A stretch of DNA of 58,964 nucleotides from Candidatus Methylomirabilales bacterium (GCA_046758505.1 JBHIAH010000010.1:1-58964); one strand, 5' to 3'. Shown: positions 31,101 through 39,915, counted from the first letter of the stretch. The notes: generated by a model from the sequence alone, not told the origin. Numbers and translations are program-made.

Positions 31101-31350
31101 ATCGAACCACATCCACACCGGGGGTGCCGTTCACTGCTGCCTCGATGGGGAACGTGATAAGGGTTTCCACATCTTCCGGGCTCAGCCCGGGGGCCTGAGT
31201 CTGGATGACGACCTGTGGTGGTGCAAATTCGGGCAGGACATCCAGGGTCATCTGCCGGACGACAAAGACGCCGACGAACAGGAGGATGACATAGGCCACC
31301 ACCGTGAGCATCCGGTTCCGGAGGGACCATTTCGTGATCCAGTCAAACAT
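28141..31350 (-). CDS. CusA/CzcA-family heavy-metal efflux RND permease
   Basis: 1069 aa; DVLPEF, NAMTLGGLAIAIGVVVDNAI, ERLAPILMTA. Confidence 0.95.
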   Translation of the reverse strand: MFDWITKWSLRNRMLTVVAYVILLFVGVFVVRQMTLDVLPEFAPPQVVIQTQAPGLSPEDVETLITFPIEAAVNGTPGVDVVRSKTSAGLSTVIIVFELGTDIYTARQLVNERLQEVREQFPPGTEAPVMLPITSAVSWLVKFALQSETVSPLDVRTLCDWDIRNRILAIRGVASVVCMGPGPKQYQVLLSSEELLRYNVTVHDVVEAVKQANVNVPGGFLVVPGEEYVVTGAGRIASLEELKKTVVAEHGGIPITLDRVANVKSGPEFPRGDAAYMGKPAVIGTISKLFGADTLTVTQEVERALEDIRQTLPQGIAMHAQVFRQANFIESSIQNLRRALIEGAVVVTIVVVFFLFNVRASVITLTAMPLSLLLGILILKAFGVGINAMTLGGLAIAIGVVVDNAIIYVEVIFRRLMENRAKARPDHPLKVIFLASHEIKDSVVYATWIILVVFGPIFLLSGVEGRILTPLGLAFAASLLTSLAVAVTLTPVLCAFLLTKSRGASHPEPERESATIRLLKAGYERLLRPALQHPRVVVVISIVLLGISVALIPFLGRSFLPEFHEGNFILAVTSLPGTSLRESMRLGDRITTMLRKYPEVASISQRAGRAEMDEDAMPPNFIEFDILLHYGERDPEELIHLIREDLEKIPGVAVNLGQFIAHRLDEVLSGVRAQIAIKIYGPDLDRLLEKGQQVEAVLAGIKGTTDLQLEQQIRVPEVRIKVKRDRAARLGLNAGDVLETAQIAFNGEIISRVIEGQKSFDLFLWFDEPSRRDVRAMRNVLVDAPGGRRVPLSQVAEVAIENRPYFINRERVQRRIVVQSNVAGRDLGSVIAEAQQKIQEGVDLPPGYFIEYGGQFKSQQQATRILLNYGAVALVAIFLLLYKTFNSSRAALLVMANLPLALIGGVVAIFLTDRIMSIPSIIGLIGVFGIAARNGILLVSRYRQLRAEGLDREATVVEGSMERLAPILMTAAAAGLGLLPLLFGDIAGKELERPMAYVILGGLATSTFLNMLVVPTLYLKWGWDPEEAWQHQLIVERGEFLELAPTPVRGGAHGGSTESATDAPATGPR

Positions 31351-31362
31351 GCCGTCTCCTCC

Positions 31363-31513
31363 CTTCGACGACCGACGACCTATGACGAAACTGGAAAATG
31401 GAAAGTAGAAATTTCCAATTTCCCTTTTCCGTTTTCTTTTCCTAAAACCATGAACCCTGGTCCCTGAACCAGCTCATGGGTCATCGGTCGTCGGACATCG
31501 GTCAGTGGTCAGT
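31363..31513. repeat. Nested inverted arrays of degenerate heptamers
   Basis: CGACGAC/CGACCGA arm vs TCGGTCG TCGGACA TCGGTCA arm; inner GGAAAAT GGAAAGT vs TCCAATT TCCCTTT TCCGTTT. Confidence 0.65.
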
Positions 31514-32819
31514 GCCCGTGGCCCCCCAATGCGGGTCCACCCCGCTGGGACGTGAGATACTTGGTGTACAGCTGCCTTTTGCCGTCGGTCACTACCTGTT
31601 CCCCCGAGCGGAGCCCCTCTTTCACCCCCACGTAGCGATCATCTCGGGCCCCCAAGACGAGATCACGCCGGACGAAAACCCCTTCCTGCTCCACGAACGC
31701 AAAGTCCTCCCCCTCGGCACTGATCAGGGCCTCGAGCGGAATGGCCACGGTCTGGTGGCTTCCTCCCACAACAACCCCCAGATCAACGAACAAATCCTGC
31801 TTGAGCATCCCGTGGTGGTTACTTATCTCGGCCCAGACATGGACTGTTCGCTTCTCGGGGTCTACCGTCGTGCTAATAAAGGTGATCCGGCCCTCAAAGA
31901 TCTGCTTAGGCAAGGCGGGAGCCCGCACCCGCACCAGCTGCCCCAGCCTGAGGAGGGGAAGGGTATCCTCGAAGGCATCCCCTTCTACGATCACGACCGA
32001 GTCGTCCAGGAGTTTGAAAAGGGGCTGACCGGGCTCGATGGCTTGTCCCAGGATGACGCTACGCTCCACCACGGTGCCTGCGATCGGCGCATCGAGGTGG
32101 AGTGTCGAGACCGTCTTTTCCTGGCGAACCTTCCGGATTCCTGCCTCGGTGATACCCAGCAGGCTGAGCTGTCGGGTGAGGCTTTCGATCTCGTTCAGCA
32201 CAGCCCGATGTTGGTTCTCAGCCGCCAGCAGGTCTTTTTTGGCAGCGATGCCTTTCTCGACCAGGGCTCGCATCCGCTCCAGGTCCGCCTGGGCCAGCGC
32301 GAGTTTGTTCTCGGCCTGGATCAGATCCAGCTCACTTTTCTCCAACTCGAGGCTTTGTACATCCGCCAAGTCCTGTCCCTTCTTGACCCGCGTGCCGAGC
32401 TTGACGTGGATCGCTACGGCCCGGCCGGCCACCCGGCTGGTGACCAGTGCGACCCGGTCGGGATGGGGCTTCACCACCCCGTTGAGGAGCCGGACATCCT
32501 CCACCTGGCGCAGCTCGACCGGAACGGTTTTCAGTCCGATATTGACTTGCTCCGCTTGGGAGAGCGCCACCTTTCCCAATGCAGATTCCTGCGCCTCGGG
32601 ATGCGGTTCTTCATGGCCAGGGGGTTCTTTCTCCTGGTGTTCCGTGACGGCTGTTTCCTCTCCCCGGTCGTGTCCTTTTTCGCTGGCCATTGCGTGCGGG
32701 ACGACCTTGGCCTGTGGCTTTCCCGGTTCCCGAGAGCAGGCGGTGAGCCCTGGCACGAAGAACAGCAGGGGAATCACAAGAGAGACCGTGACCCGAGAAA
32801 TCCATTCGCTCCCTTTCAC
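31509..32819 (-). CDS. CzcB/CusB-family RND membrane fusion protein
   Basis: His/Glu-rich N-terminus, APIAGTV, VDPEKRT, GLRSGEQVV, C-terminal GHGH. Confidence 0.93.
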   Translation of the reverse strand: MKGSEWISRVTVSLVIPLLFFVPGLTACSREPGKPQAKVVPHAMASEKGHDRGEETAVTEHQEKEPPGHEEPHPEAQESALGKVALSQAEQVNIGLKTVPVELRQVEDVRLLNGVVKPHPDRVALVTSRVAGRAVAIHVKLGTRVKKGQDLADVQSLELEKSELDLIQAENKLALAQADLERMRALVEKGIAAKKDLLAAENQHRAVLNEIESLTRQLSLLGITEAGIRKVRQEKTVSTLHLDAPIAGTVVERSVILGQAIEPGQPLFKLLDDSVVIVEGDAFEDTLPLLRLGQLVRVRAPALPKQIFEGRITFISTTVDPEKRTVHVWAEISNHHGMLKQDLFVDLGVVVGGSHQTVAIPLEALISAEGEDFAFVEQEGVFVRRDLVLGARDDRYVGVKEGLRSGEQVVTDGKRQLYTKYLTSQRGGPALGGHGH

Positions 32820-34189
32820 CGTCGGTATCCTTTCTGTCTGCTGGTCTGTGTAAAATATCCGACAGGCTTCAGACCAGACCCTGGTTTCCGGCCAGCCGGC
32901 TTGAGCATCGTTAATCCCGTTGCTCGCCGCAGTTCCGCCACAGCGGTGTTGAACTCGCCAATGGCCTCCAGATAATCGAATCGAACGTCGGTGAGCTCCC
33001 GCTGGGCGAGGAGCACGTCGGAAAGGCCGAACTGGCCCAGGGTGTATCCTTCCCTGAGGAGACGGAAGTTCTGCTCCTGCTGCGGGAGAATATGCTGCAC
33101 GTACTCCTCGACAATCTGCTGCGAACTCTGGAACTGTCCGAACGCAGTTGCTACCTCCGTCTTGATCTGCGATCGGATAAGGGCAACCTGGGCTTCCTGT
33201 TTCAGGCCCTCGGCGAGCGCCGCCTCGAGTTCTCCCTGCCGGCGATTGAAGAGGGGGAGGGGGATCGCTACCTCCAGGATGCCGCGCCGCTCTCGCTCGT
33301 CCAGGGCGTGGTCCTCCTCGTAGCGGAGGGCTAGCTCTACCTCCGGAAACAACCGTTCGGCCCGAACCAGACTCACGCTGTGGCGAACGGTTTGCAATCC
33401 GGCCGTGGCCGCGTTGAGGTCGGGGCGCAGCTCGAGGGCCTGCTGGAGCAGCGCAGCCCGGGTCCCCGGCAGCTCGGGCAGGAGCAGGGGGCCGTCGGCC
33501 CGGAGGGGAGCATCGGGGGCTCGGCCGAGGCGGAGATTGAGATGCTTGCGGGTGGCTGCGGCCCGCCGCTCCTCGGCAACCCGTCGGGTGAGGGCACGCC
33601 GGAGCTCCACATCCGCCCGGAGCAGGTCGAGACGCGGCACCTCCCCTGCCTCAAACTGTTTGCGGGCAGTCTCTCGCGTCTCTTCGGCGAGGGCCACTGT
33701 CTGCTGTGCCAGCTTGAGCCGCTCCTGGGCCTGAAGGAGCTCGCCAAAGGCGCCCATCACGTCGGCCAGGACGCGCCGCTCCGCGTCCCGGACCTCCCAC
33801 TCGGTCTCTTGCAACTTTGCCGTGGCGATGTTGGTCCGGAGGCCGCGTTGCCCCCGAATTTCCACGGTCTGAGAAAGGCCGACGGCGAAACCCCCAACCG
33901 TCCGCCGCTCCACCGGGCTCTCCTTGCTCCGGGACCGTCCGCCATTCCCTTCCAGCTCTAGGGCGGGGTTGAAGGGGTAGATCTGAGCCTGCATGAGTTC
34001 ACCCCGGGCGACCCCCAGATCCCGGCGGACGACCTGCAGTTCCGGGTTGTTCTGGAGGGCCTCATTCAGCGCCGCTTCTAGGGTGAGGCTTCCTCTCGAT
34101 TTTGGCTGGCCACTGACAGGGGCTGCGAAGAGGATAAGCGCTGCCAGCACGCCATACGTGATTCGTTGGGATATCGTCTTTCTTCGCAT
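32816..34189 (-). CDS. TolC/CzcC-family outer-membrane efflux protein
   Basis: LTLEAAL...NPEL, RPDL, IPLPLFNRRQG; GGAGG RBS before ATG 34189. Confidence 0.93.
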   Translation of the reverse strand: MRRKTISQRITYGVLAALILFAAPVSGQPKSRGSLTLEAALNEALQNNPELQVVRRDLGVARGELMQAQIYPFNPALELEGNGGRSRSKESPVERRTVGGFAVGLSQTVEIRGQRGLRTNIATAKLQETEWEVRDAERRVLADVMGAFGELLQAQERLKLAQQTVALAEETRETARKQFEAGEVPRLDLLRADVELRRALTRRVAEERRAAATRKHLNLRLGRAPDAPLRADGPLLLPELPGTRAALLQQALELRPDLNAATAGLQTVRHSVSLVRAERLFPEVELALRYEEDHALDERERRGILEVAIPLPLFNRRQGELEAALAEGLKQEAQVALIRSQIKTEVATAFGQFQSSQQIVEEYVQHILPQQEQNFRLLREGYTLGQFGLSDVLLAQRELTDVRFDYLEAIGEFNTAVAELRRATGLTMLKPAGRKPGSGLKPVGYFTQTSRQKGYRR

Positions 34190-34354
34190 TACCGGTCCTC
34201 CCGCAATGGCCGACCAGCGAACCAGGTGGGCCACCGCTCCGGTGGACAACAAGGTGACATTCACTCCCCCCCCGGGCGCGAGGGGGTCTGAGTGTCTTCG
34301 TATTCAGGTTCTCAATAGTGTTGGGGAGCGGTAAAAGAAAAAGCGACGGGGTGC

Positions 34355-34627
34355 TTAGCCGCGGGGAGGTGGGAAAGGAGGTGTAAGCGTTACGCCTTTG
34401 TGGAAGGCGTCCTCCTCTGTGCCGAGCGAAGAAGCGAGGAGTAGCCTGTGCGGATCCGATTGGCCTTCGCACGGGACCACGGAGGTCCCGCAGGTTTGAG
34501 CCGTGAGAGTCACCGTCGATGGCGCGCTGGACCCGTGATGGCTGCCGTTGAGATCGGCAGTGAGACACAGCCCGAGGCCTGCCAAGAAACCACACACCAC
34601 AATGTACACCGTCCACTTACGTATCAA
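34355..34627 (-). CDS. Small secreted leader-like ORF ending PPFPPPRG upstream of the efflux operon
   Basis: Hydrophobic N-terminus, HH, two Cys, Pro-rich C-terminus; start uncertain. Confidence 0.55.
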   Translation of the reverse strand: MIRKWTVYIVVCGFLAGLGLCLTADLNGSHHGSSAPSTVTLTAQTCGTSVVPCEGQSDPHRLLLASSLGTEEDAFHKGVTLTPPFPPPRG

Positions 34628-34829
34628 CTCCGCTCCTTCAGCACCCTGGGTCCGACAGGCTTTCGCGGATTGAAGAGGCGCGGAATCCTCCAGCCGTTTT
34701 TTCCCTTGTAGCGTGCCTACCTCAAGTTTGTCAAGCCAATGTTTGGGCGAGGGGATCTCCCTGAAGGACCCGGCCAGCGCCGTGGGGGAGGGTAACTCCT
34801 TACGGTTCTTCTCCTCCCCCATCATGCTT

Positions 34830-35138
34830 TCAAATCACCCAGAAGCGGAGCACCGGGGCGAGCCAGAAGAGGAGCACCAAGAGCGTCGAGCCCCATAAAA
34901 GCCACCGGTGCCACTGGGGCCCTCGTCTCTTGACAAAATGGAAGTAGTAGCCCAGCCCCAGGAAAAAGAAGGACAGGGGTAAGAAGTAGACTCGATATGC
35001 CGCCAGACCGGCGGCCAAGCCTCCGCTGAACACTCCGGCGCCCGCGAAGACCAAGGCCAGGACTCATCACGTGTTGGGCAGCAAGGCGAGGATGACCGAC
35101 CCGATGCCTGCAAGCGGACCTTTCAATTCTCTGGTCAT
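34830..35138 (-). CDS. MerT-like membrane transporter, predicted selenoprotein with tandem UU
   Basis: MTRELKGPLAGIGSVILALLPNT-TGA-TGA-VLALVFAGAG...YRVYFLPLS; TGA TGA at 35069-35064 where MerT has CC; GGAG RBS; downstream hairpin 35013-35058. Confidence 0.8.
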
Positions 35139-35433
35139 GACGCTTCTCCCCTTCCGCCGCCGTGGCATGATCTGCCCCGCTCATGGGCGGAGCTGCCCCC
35201 GAGTTCCGTTTCGCCGCCTCGGTTGTGGATGGACACAATCTTTCCGCTTGAAGAGCCCATGCTTGAGGTGGACCAGGTCGTCACATCCAGTGGTAAGTCC
35301 GTACCGATTGGCAATTTCCTCTAATGCCTTCCACGTTCCTCCTGAACGCTGGAGCCTCGGACCGAGCCGGAGGGCCAGCTTGGCTTACGGGGGACCGACG
35401 AAAGGAGGCCAAGCAAAGCTGAAAAGAGAGTGG

Positions 35434-35940
35434 TTATCTTTGGCGCTGCCGTTGCGCGGCCTTGGGCCCCGTTCGTCGGATGGCAAATCGAATCTCCTGG
35501 GCAGAGATAAAGCCCTCTACGGGGGGAGCCTCGCAATTGCAGGCTTCACCCCGAAGGGGACGGCATGAGGTGTCGAGCTGGTTACGCGCTACCTCCAGTT
35601 CTTCCCTTAGAAGTAATAGTTCCCGGACCTTCTCGTTGACGAATCGAAGATAGTCAGAGATGGCCTCTTGGACCCGCGGACGCAGGTTCCCGCAGTCCTC
35701 CCATTCGGCCAGAGGGAGAAGATCCCGGATGCGGGCCAAGGGGAGGCCCACGTCTTTCGCCCGTTTAACGAAAAGTAATCGGCCGATATCGGCTTCCTCA
35801 TAAAGCCGGTACCCGGACGCACTCCGCCGGGGTTGGGGCAGGAGGCCCAGGCGCTCATAGTACCGAACTGCCTTGCGGGTGACCCGACCCCGCTTGGCCA
35901 ACTCTCCGATACGAAGGAAACCGTCCTTTGGCATGAACAT
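35434..35940 (-). CDS. MerR-family metal-responsive regulator
   Basis: LRIGELAK...VRYYERLGLL...GYRLY; Cys in DCG and C...CNC. Confidence 0.92.
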   Translation of the reverse strand: MFMPKDGFLRIGELAKRGRVTRKAVRYYERLGLLPQPRRSASGYRLYEEADIGRLLFVKRAKDVGLPLARIRDLLPLAEWEDCGNLRPRVQEAISDYLRFVNEKVRELLLLREELEVARNQLDTSCRPLRGEACNCEAPPVEGFISAQEIRFAIRRTGPKAAQRQRQR

Positions 35941-35959
35941 ATGCCCTTTCTCGTGAGGA

Positions 35960-36955
35960 TTAATTATATATTAATGTCTGCGTGGCCGCGTATTGGTATT
36001 TTATCTTGATCTGCAACAGTCCGAAGATTCCGGCGACCGTCAACCCGGAAAAGATGGCGGCCAGCAGGACGATGCCACTGAGCAGCAGCGCGACGCGCCA
36101 TCCCACCATGGTGCGATAATACCAGATGCGTTGCGGTGCGGCCGCAGCGGTAAACCAAAAGGCCACCAGCCCGGCCAGGGCCATTCCGCCCCTCCAGAGA
36201 TACGTCCCGATCAGGAGGTTTGCAATGGGGGGAGCAAAGGAGAGGAGGCCGATCCCGACACCCATCAGGGCATTCAGGAACTGCCCCTGCCACCCACCTC
36301 CGGTGAGCGTGACGGGAAAGATCCAGGAGGGCTTGATCGCCACCGCCGCCAAAAAGCCTGCGGCGACAAAGCCGTAAAGCAGCCGCCACCCGCTCGCCGC
36401 CACTTCTCGCCCGATGAGCCGAAGAGCCAGTTCTCCCCATCGAAGAGGCAATGATCCCCTGGTTTGACTCGGCGGGATGGCTAGGTCGGTCAGATCCGCC
36501 TCTGGCGAGGGGATTGCGGAGACCTCGCTTCGCCTAAGCTGACTTCCCAAGGGGATAAATAGGCCGAGGAAGACGATTACCCCTATCGCGTAGGCGAGCA
36601 GGAATTCCTTTCCAAGCAAGGGCGGGAGCAGGAAAACATAGAACAACAAATAGTGGGCGCCCCCGATAAATGCCAGGAGATCCCGCCACCGGTCAGCGGC
36701 GAGGAAGGTCCGGGCAATGCGGGTGAAGGCGGCGTGGGAGGTGCACCCCGCCCCAACCACAAGGGGGGTCAGAATGCCTCGGAGCCCACCCGATGAGCCG
36801 CCTTGGAGAGCCCGGAGCCTGGCCGGACGAAAAGCGAGGCTGTGGACCGCCACTGCTCCGAGGAAGACCCAAATAAGGATTCCCCGGGCAAAGACCACCA
36901 CCAGGTAGTAAAAGGTCACCCAGGCCCACTTCAGACTTTCCCCCAAAAGGGCCAC
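35960..36955 (-). CDS. Predicted permease (DUF318/ArsP-like)
   Basis: Multi-TM protein, GAGC motif, paralog architecture with 38778-39806. Confidence 0.65.
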   Translation of the reverse strand: MALLGESLKWAWVTFYYLVVVFARGILIWVFLGAVAVHSLAFRPARLRALQGGSSGGLRGILTPLVVGAGCTSHAAFTRIARTFLAADRWRDLLAFIGGAHYLLFYVFLLPPLLGKEFLLAYAIGVIVFLGLFIPLGSQLRRSEVSAIPSPEADLTDLAIPPSQTRGSLPLRWGELALRLIGREVAASGWRLLYGFVAAGFLAAVAIKPSWIFPVTLTGGGWQGQFLNALMGVGIGLLSFAPPIANLLIGTYLWRGGMALAGLVAFWFTAAAAPQRIWYYRTMVGWRVALLLSGIVLLAAIFSGLTVAGIFGLLQIKIKYQYAATQTLIYN

Positions 36956-37018
36956 TGCTTTTTCTCCGATGGCTAGTTACACTCCAACCCGTTCCACCAA
37001 ATTCCAGCGGGGAGTCTC

Positions 37019-37552
37019 CTACGGTTGCCCCATCCTATGCCGACTTACCAGAAGGCTCGCGAGCTCGCCTGCCGCCAGGTCTCGGTACTGGACCTCTCCC
37101 ACCAGGGTGACCTTGGCATCTGTTGCCGCCGCGTCCTTCTTTAATTCCGCCAGGGCAGATCCAGATCGGAGGAGGAAGGGCTGCTCGGTCCCTGCAACCA
37201 CAAAGCGCAGCTGTCCCTCTCCGGTGATGCTCGCGGTCCCCACGGCCTTGATCTCTAAGGCATCGAGGGTGATTCCGCTGTCCCTCACCTTGCGCTCGAT
37301 CAGCTGGGGATCGAGGGTGAAGGTCGAGCGCGGGATGATCTGGATCCAGCCTCGGTTCAGATCGACTTTTACGTTGGCTACGCCATCCAGGCGCAGTAGG
37401 GTCTGTTGGACCCCGTACGCTCAGAAATTTCAGGTCATGCCATGGACGCGCAGCGTGACCTCCTGGATCTCCGCCCTGACCGGGGAAGTGAGCAGGCCGA
37501 ATCCCAGCAACAGCGCCCCCAGGCTTCTTTGAAAGATCCTTTTGCCCCTCAT
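37019..37552 (-). CDS. Secreted HMA-domain protein, predicted double selenoprotein (GMT-U-NF-U-AYG)
   Basis: ATG 37552 with GGAGGGAG RBS, signal peptide; TGA at 37432-37430 and 37423-37421 in the CxxC positions; frame continues to 177 aa. Confidence 0.85.
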
Positions 37553-37578
37553 ATTCTCCCTCCTTTGCTGCCTTTCAT

Positions 37579-38466
37579 TTAAAAGAACTGGTAGCTCACG
37601 CTGAAGATAACGCGTAAGTCGAACTCCGCCTGCTCGCCGTTGAGGTCTTGGGCCACAGGGATCTGTCCCGCCAGGGAGAGGTTCAACTGGGGGATTGGCC
37701 GGTAGAAGAGAAAAGGGTCGGCAAAGAGGACAGTGCCTCCCGAGTTTCGTTGCCCCACCCCGTTCAGCTCACTACGCCCGGCGAATTCTGCGGTCAGCCC
37801 GAGACCGATTCCCAGCTCCGGCCCGGGAAAGGGGGCCTGGTAAATCCGGTGGCTAAAGCTCACGTCGAGGACCAAGAGATCCCCGGCTTCGAAATCCTGT
37901 GCCCCCTCGGTGTTGAGCTTGTAAAAGAGGCTGCCGTTCAGGGCCGAGCGGCCCAGGATGGTGGTGTTGGCCAAACCGAAGATCCCATTCACTGCTCCCA
38001 GGCCGGGCTGGAGCGCCGGCGGCAAACGTTTTCCTCCATCTTTCTGATCCGTGGCCCCGGTAGGGAGTTCCACCCCCCCAAAGACCGAGAACTGCACGCT
38101 GGTCCGAAAGGCATCGTGCTTGAAGAAACGGTATTTCCCCAGGAGGATCAGGTCCCCCGGTCCGAAGGCTTCCTCGACCCGCCCTGAGCGCTCCCGGCGC
38201 TTGTAGACTACCGGGATGGTCCCTCCGATCACCAGATCGTGGAGGGGGGAGTAACTAAAGGAGGTGACGTTTCTCAACCCATCCGTCTCTTGGCCCGCTC
38301 CGCTCCGGCTGGAGAAGATGGTGGCGTTGCTCACGATCTTGCCCACCTCAAAGATGGTCACGCCGGTTCGGGCATCGACTCCCTGGGCCCAACCGTTGAC
38401 GGGTACGGAGAGGGTTGCTCCCGCAGTAGCGACCAAGAGCGCCCAAACCGCTTCTCGCCTTGCCAT
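37579..38466 (-). CDS. Outer-membrane beta-barrel 'transporter' (SphA/MetA-pathway-like)
   Basis: Signal peptide, GPGDLIL-x-GKY, ELPTG, LQPGLG, terminal SYQFF. Confidence 0.8.
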   Translation of the reverse strand: MARREAVWALLVATAGATLSVPVNGWAQGVDARTGVTIFEVGKIVSNATIFSSRSGAGQETDGLRNVTSFSYSPLHDLVIGGTIPVVYKRRERSGRVEEAFGPGDLILLGKYRFFKHDAFRTSVQFSVFGGVELPTGATDQKDGGKRLPPALQPGLGAVNGIFGLANTTILGRSALNGSLFYKLNTEGAQDFEAGDLLVLDVSFSHRIYQAPFPGPELGIGLGLTAEFAGRSELNGVGQRNSGGTVLFADPFLFYRPIPQLNLSLAGQIPVAQDLNGEQAEFDLRVIFSVSYQFF

Positions 38467-38499
38467 CCCTCCCTCCAAGGCCTCTGGATTCCCAGGTCC

Positions 38500-38637
38500 T
38501 TATTTCTCCGGTGCCTTAGCCTGTTCACCTGACTGAGACAGGACTTCAACGCCCTGCTCCTCTTTGTCTTGAGGGGGCCGCTCTTCCCGAATCCCCACCG
38601 GCATGAGAGGGAGACCACATCCGCAAAATTCGCACAT
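38500..38637 (-). CDS. 45-aa peptide with N-terminal MCEFCGC metal-binding motif
   Basis: GGAGGTG RBS, first ORF after a MerR-type promoter. Confidence 0.7.
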   Translation of the reverse strand: MCEFCGCGLPLMPVGIREERPPQDKEEQGVEVLSQSGEQAKAPEK

Positions 38638-38665
38638 CCGAATCCACCTCCTTTCTATATAAAAA

Positions 38666-38697
38666 AGTTTAAGCCTTCCCCTTAGGGGTAAGGTCAA
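38666..38697 (-). promoter_or_regulatory. MerR-type promoter/operator
   Basis: TTGACC, 20 bp, TAAACT with dyad CCTTACCCC-TAA-GGGGAAGG. Confidence 0.8.
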
Positions 38698-38777
38698 GAC
38701 ATATTTGCGAGGAAAGTTGAGAGGAAATTGGTGTTGATAGATCTTCGTTTCTCCTGTGCTTGCCCCGTTCCAGAAAT

Positions 38778-39806
38778 TTAGAAGCCCAAGGCGGGCAAGA
38801 TTTTGCTGATCAGCTTAAGCGGGGGGAGGTCGGGGCGAAAACCGAACAGCGCGTAGATCCAGGTGGAGCCGAGGCCGCCGAGGATAGCGGCAGCGTACAG
38901 GAGGCCGACCAGGATCAGCCCCTGCTTCCCCCCAAAGGTCCTGAAATAGATTCGCACGTCCCGGGGGTGGATCGCGCTGGCCAGGCAGAAACTGATGATC
39001 CCGGGATAGGCAAGGCCATCGGTCTTGAACAGAGCATGGATCACCGGGAGGTTTCCCACGGGGGAGAGGAACATGATCGCAGAGAAGGCAGGACTGGCCA
39101 GGGCATTGAGCAGGTCAGAGGCAGGAGTTTTACGGCCCATGATGTCCGCGAAGATGATCCACCAGGACTCTAGCCCGGCCGCAAAGATGAGCCCTCCCAG
39201 GATGATCCCTACGACAAGCGTCGGTGTGAATCGCCGTACCTCGTGCCCGATGAATTTCAGCATAGCCCACCATCCCTCAAGGGAGAGGAGGAGGGCGCGC
39301 CAGCAAGGGAAGCTGGCCAGATCGAGGACGAATGTATTGCTCTCCGCCTTTCCCATGGCCGGGGTGGCAAGCACTGGTGGTCGAAGCCAGTTGAGACCCA
39401 GGGCAACAACGCCGATCATCACCAGTGCCCCGAGCACCTGCCCCGTGGCAAATTCTGCGCCCAGCGACAGGGCAAAGATCGCCCAGAAGTGGATCGTCAT
39501 GTTCCGGCTGGCAATCAGGTAGGCGAAGGCCGTGGCCGGGGAGCGGCCACGCTTGAGCAGCTCCCATGCGGCCTGCCGGCTGATCTCGCGGTCCGCACTC
39601 CCCACGATGCCCGCCTTCATAGCCCGCCAGATGCTTGGCCCTGCCGTTGATGGACTTTCGAGAAGTCTGTCCCATGTGGAGCGGCGGTACCGCAGGGTCA
39701 GGAGGGCGGCTACGAGAAAGCCCGGAACCCACACCGTGTAGAAGAGGGTCATGAACTTAAACAACTCGATCGTGAAAAACCAGGCCTGTTGCCAAAAAAG
39801 CGCCAT
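38778..39806 (-). CDS. Predicted permease (DUF318/ArsP-like)
   Basis: Multi-TM protein; AFAYLIASRN, SPVGNLP, GIISF motifs. Confidence 0.7.
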   Translation of the reverse strand: MALFWQQAWFFTIELFKFMTLFYTVWVPGFLVAALLTLRYRRSTWDRLLESPSTAGPSIWRAMKAGIVGSADREISRQAAWELLKRGRSPATAFAYLIASRNMTIHFWAIFALSLGAEFATGQVLGALVMIGVVALGLNWLRPPVLATPAMGKAESNTFVLDLASFPCWRALLLSLEGWWAMLKFIGHEVRRFTPTLVVGIILGGLIFAAGLESWWIIFADIMGRKTPASDLLNALASPAFSAIMFLSPVGNLPVIHALFKTDGLAYPGIISFCLASAIHPRDVRIYFRTFGGKQGLILVGLLYAAAILGGLGSTWIYALFGFRPDLPPLKLISKILPALGF

Positions 39807-39915
39807 TGTCCTTCCTTTTGGAGGCCCTAGCCGACTTGACTTCTGATTGCCTCTCGCAATTGAAGCCGGTCAGATCACCGCGTACCTTCTGGGCCCATCG
39901 CCTGTCCCGACACCC

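Noticed and set aside
31476..32975. Long antisense ORFs (also 42283-43485, 51533-52915, 55192-56871 and others)
   Set aside because: Shadow frames of high-GC genes on the opposite strand with no motifs
35180..35390. Protein-like stretch WKALEEIANRYGLTTGCDDLVHLKHG on the minus strand
   Set aside because: No start codon before an upstream in-frame TAA; at most a relic
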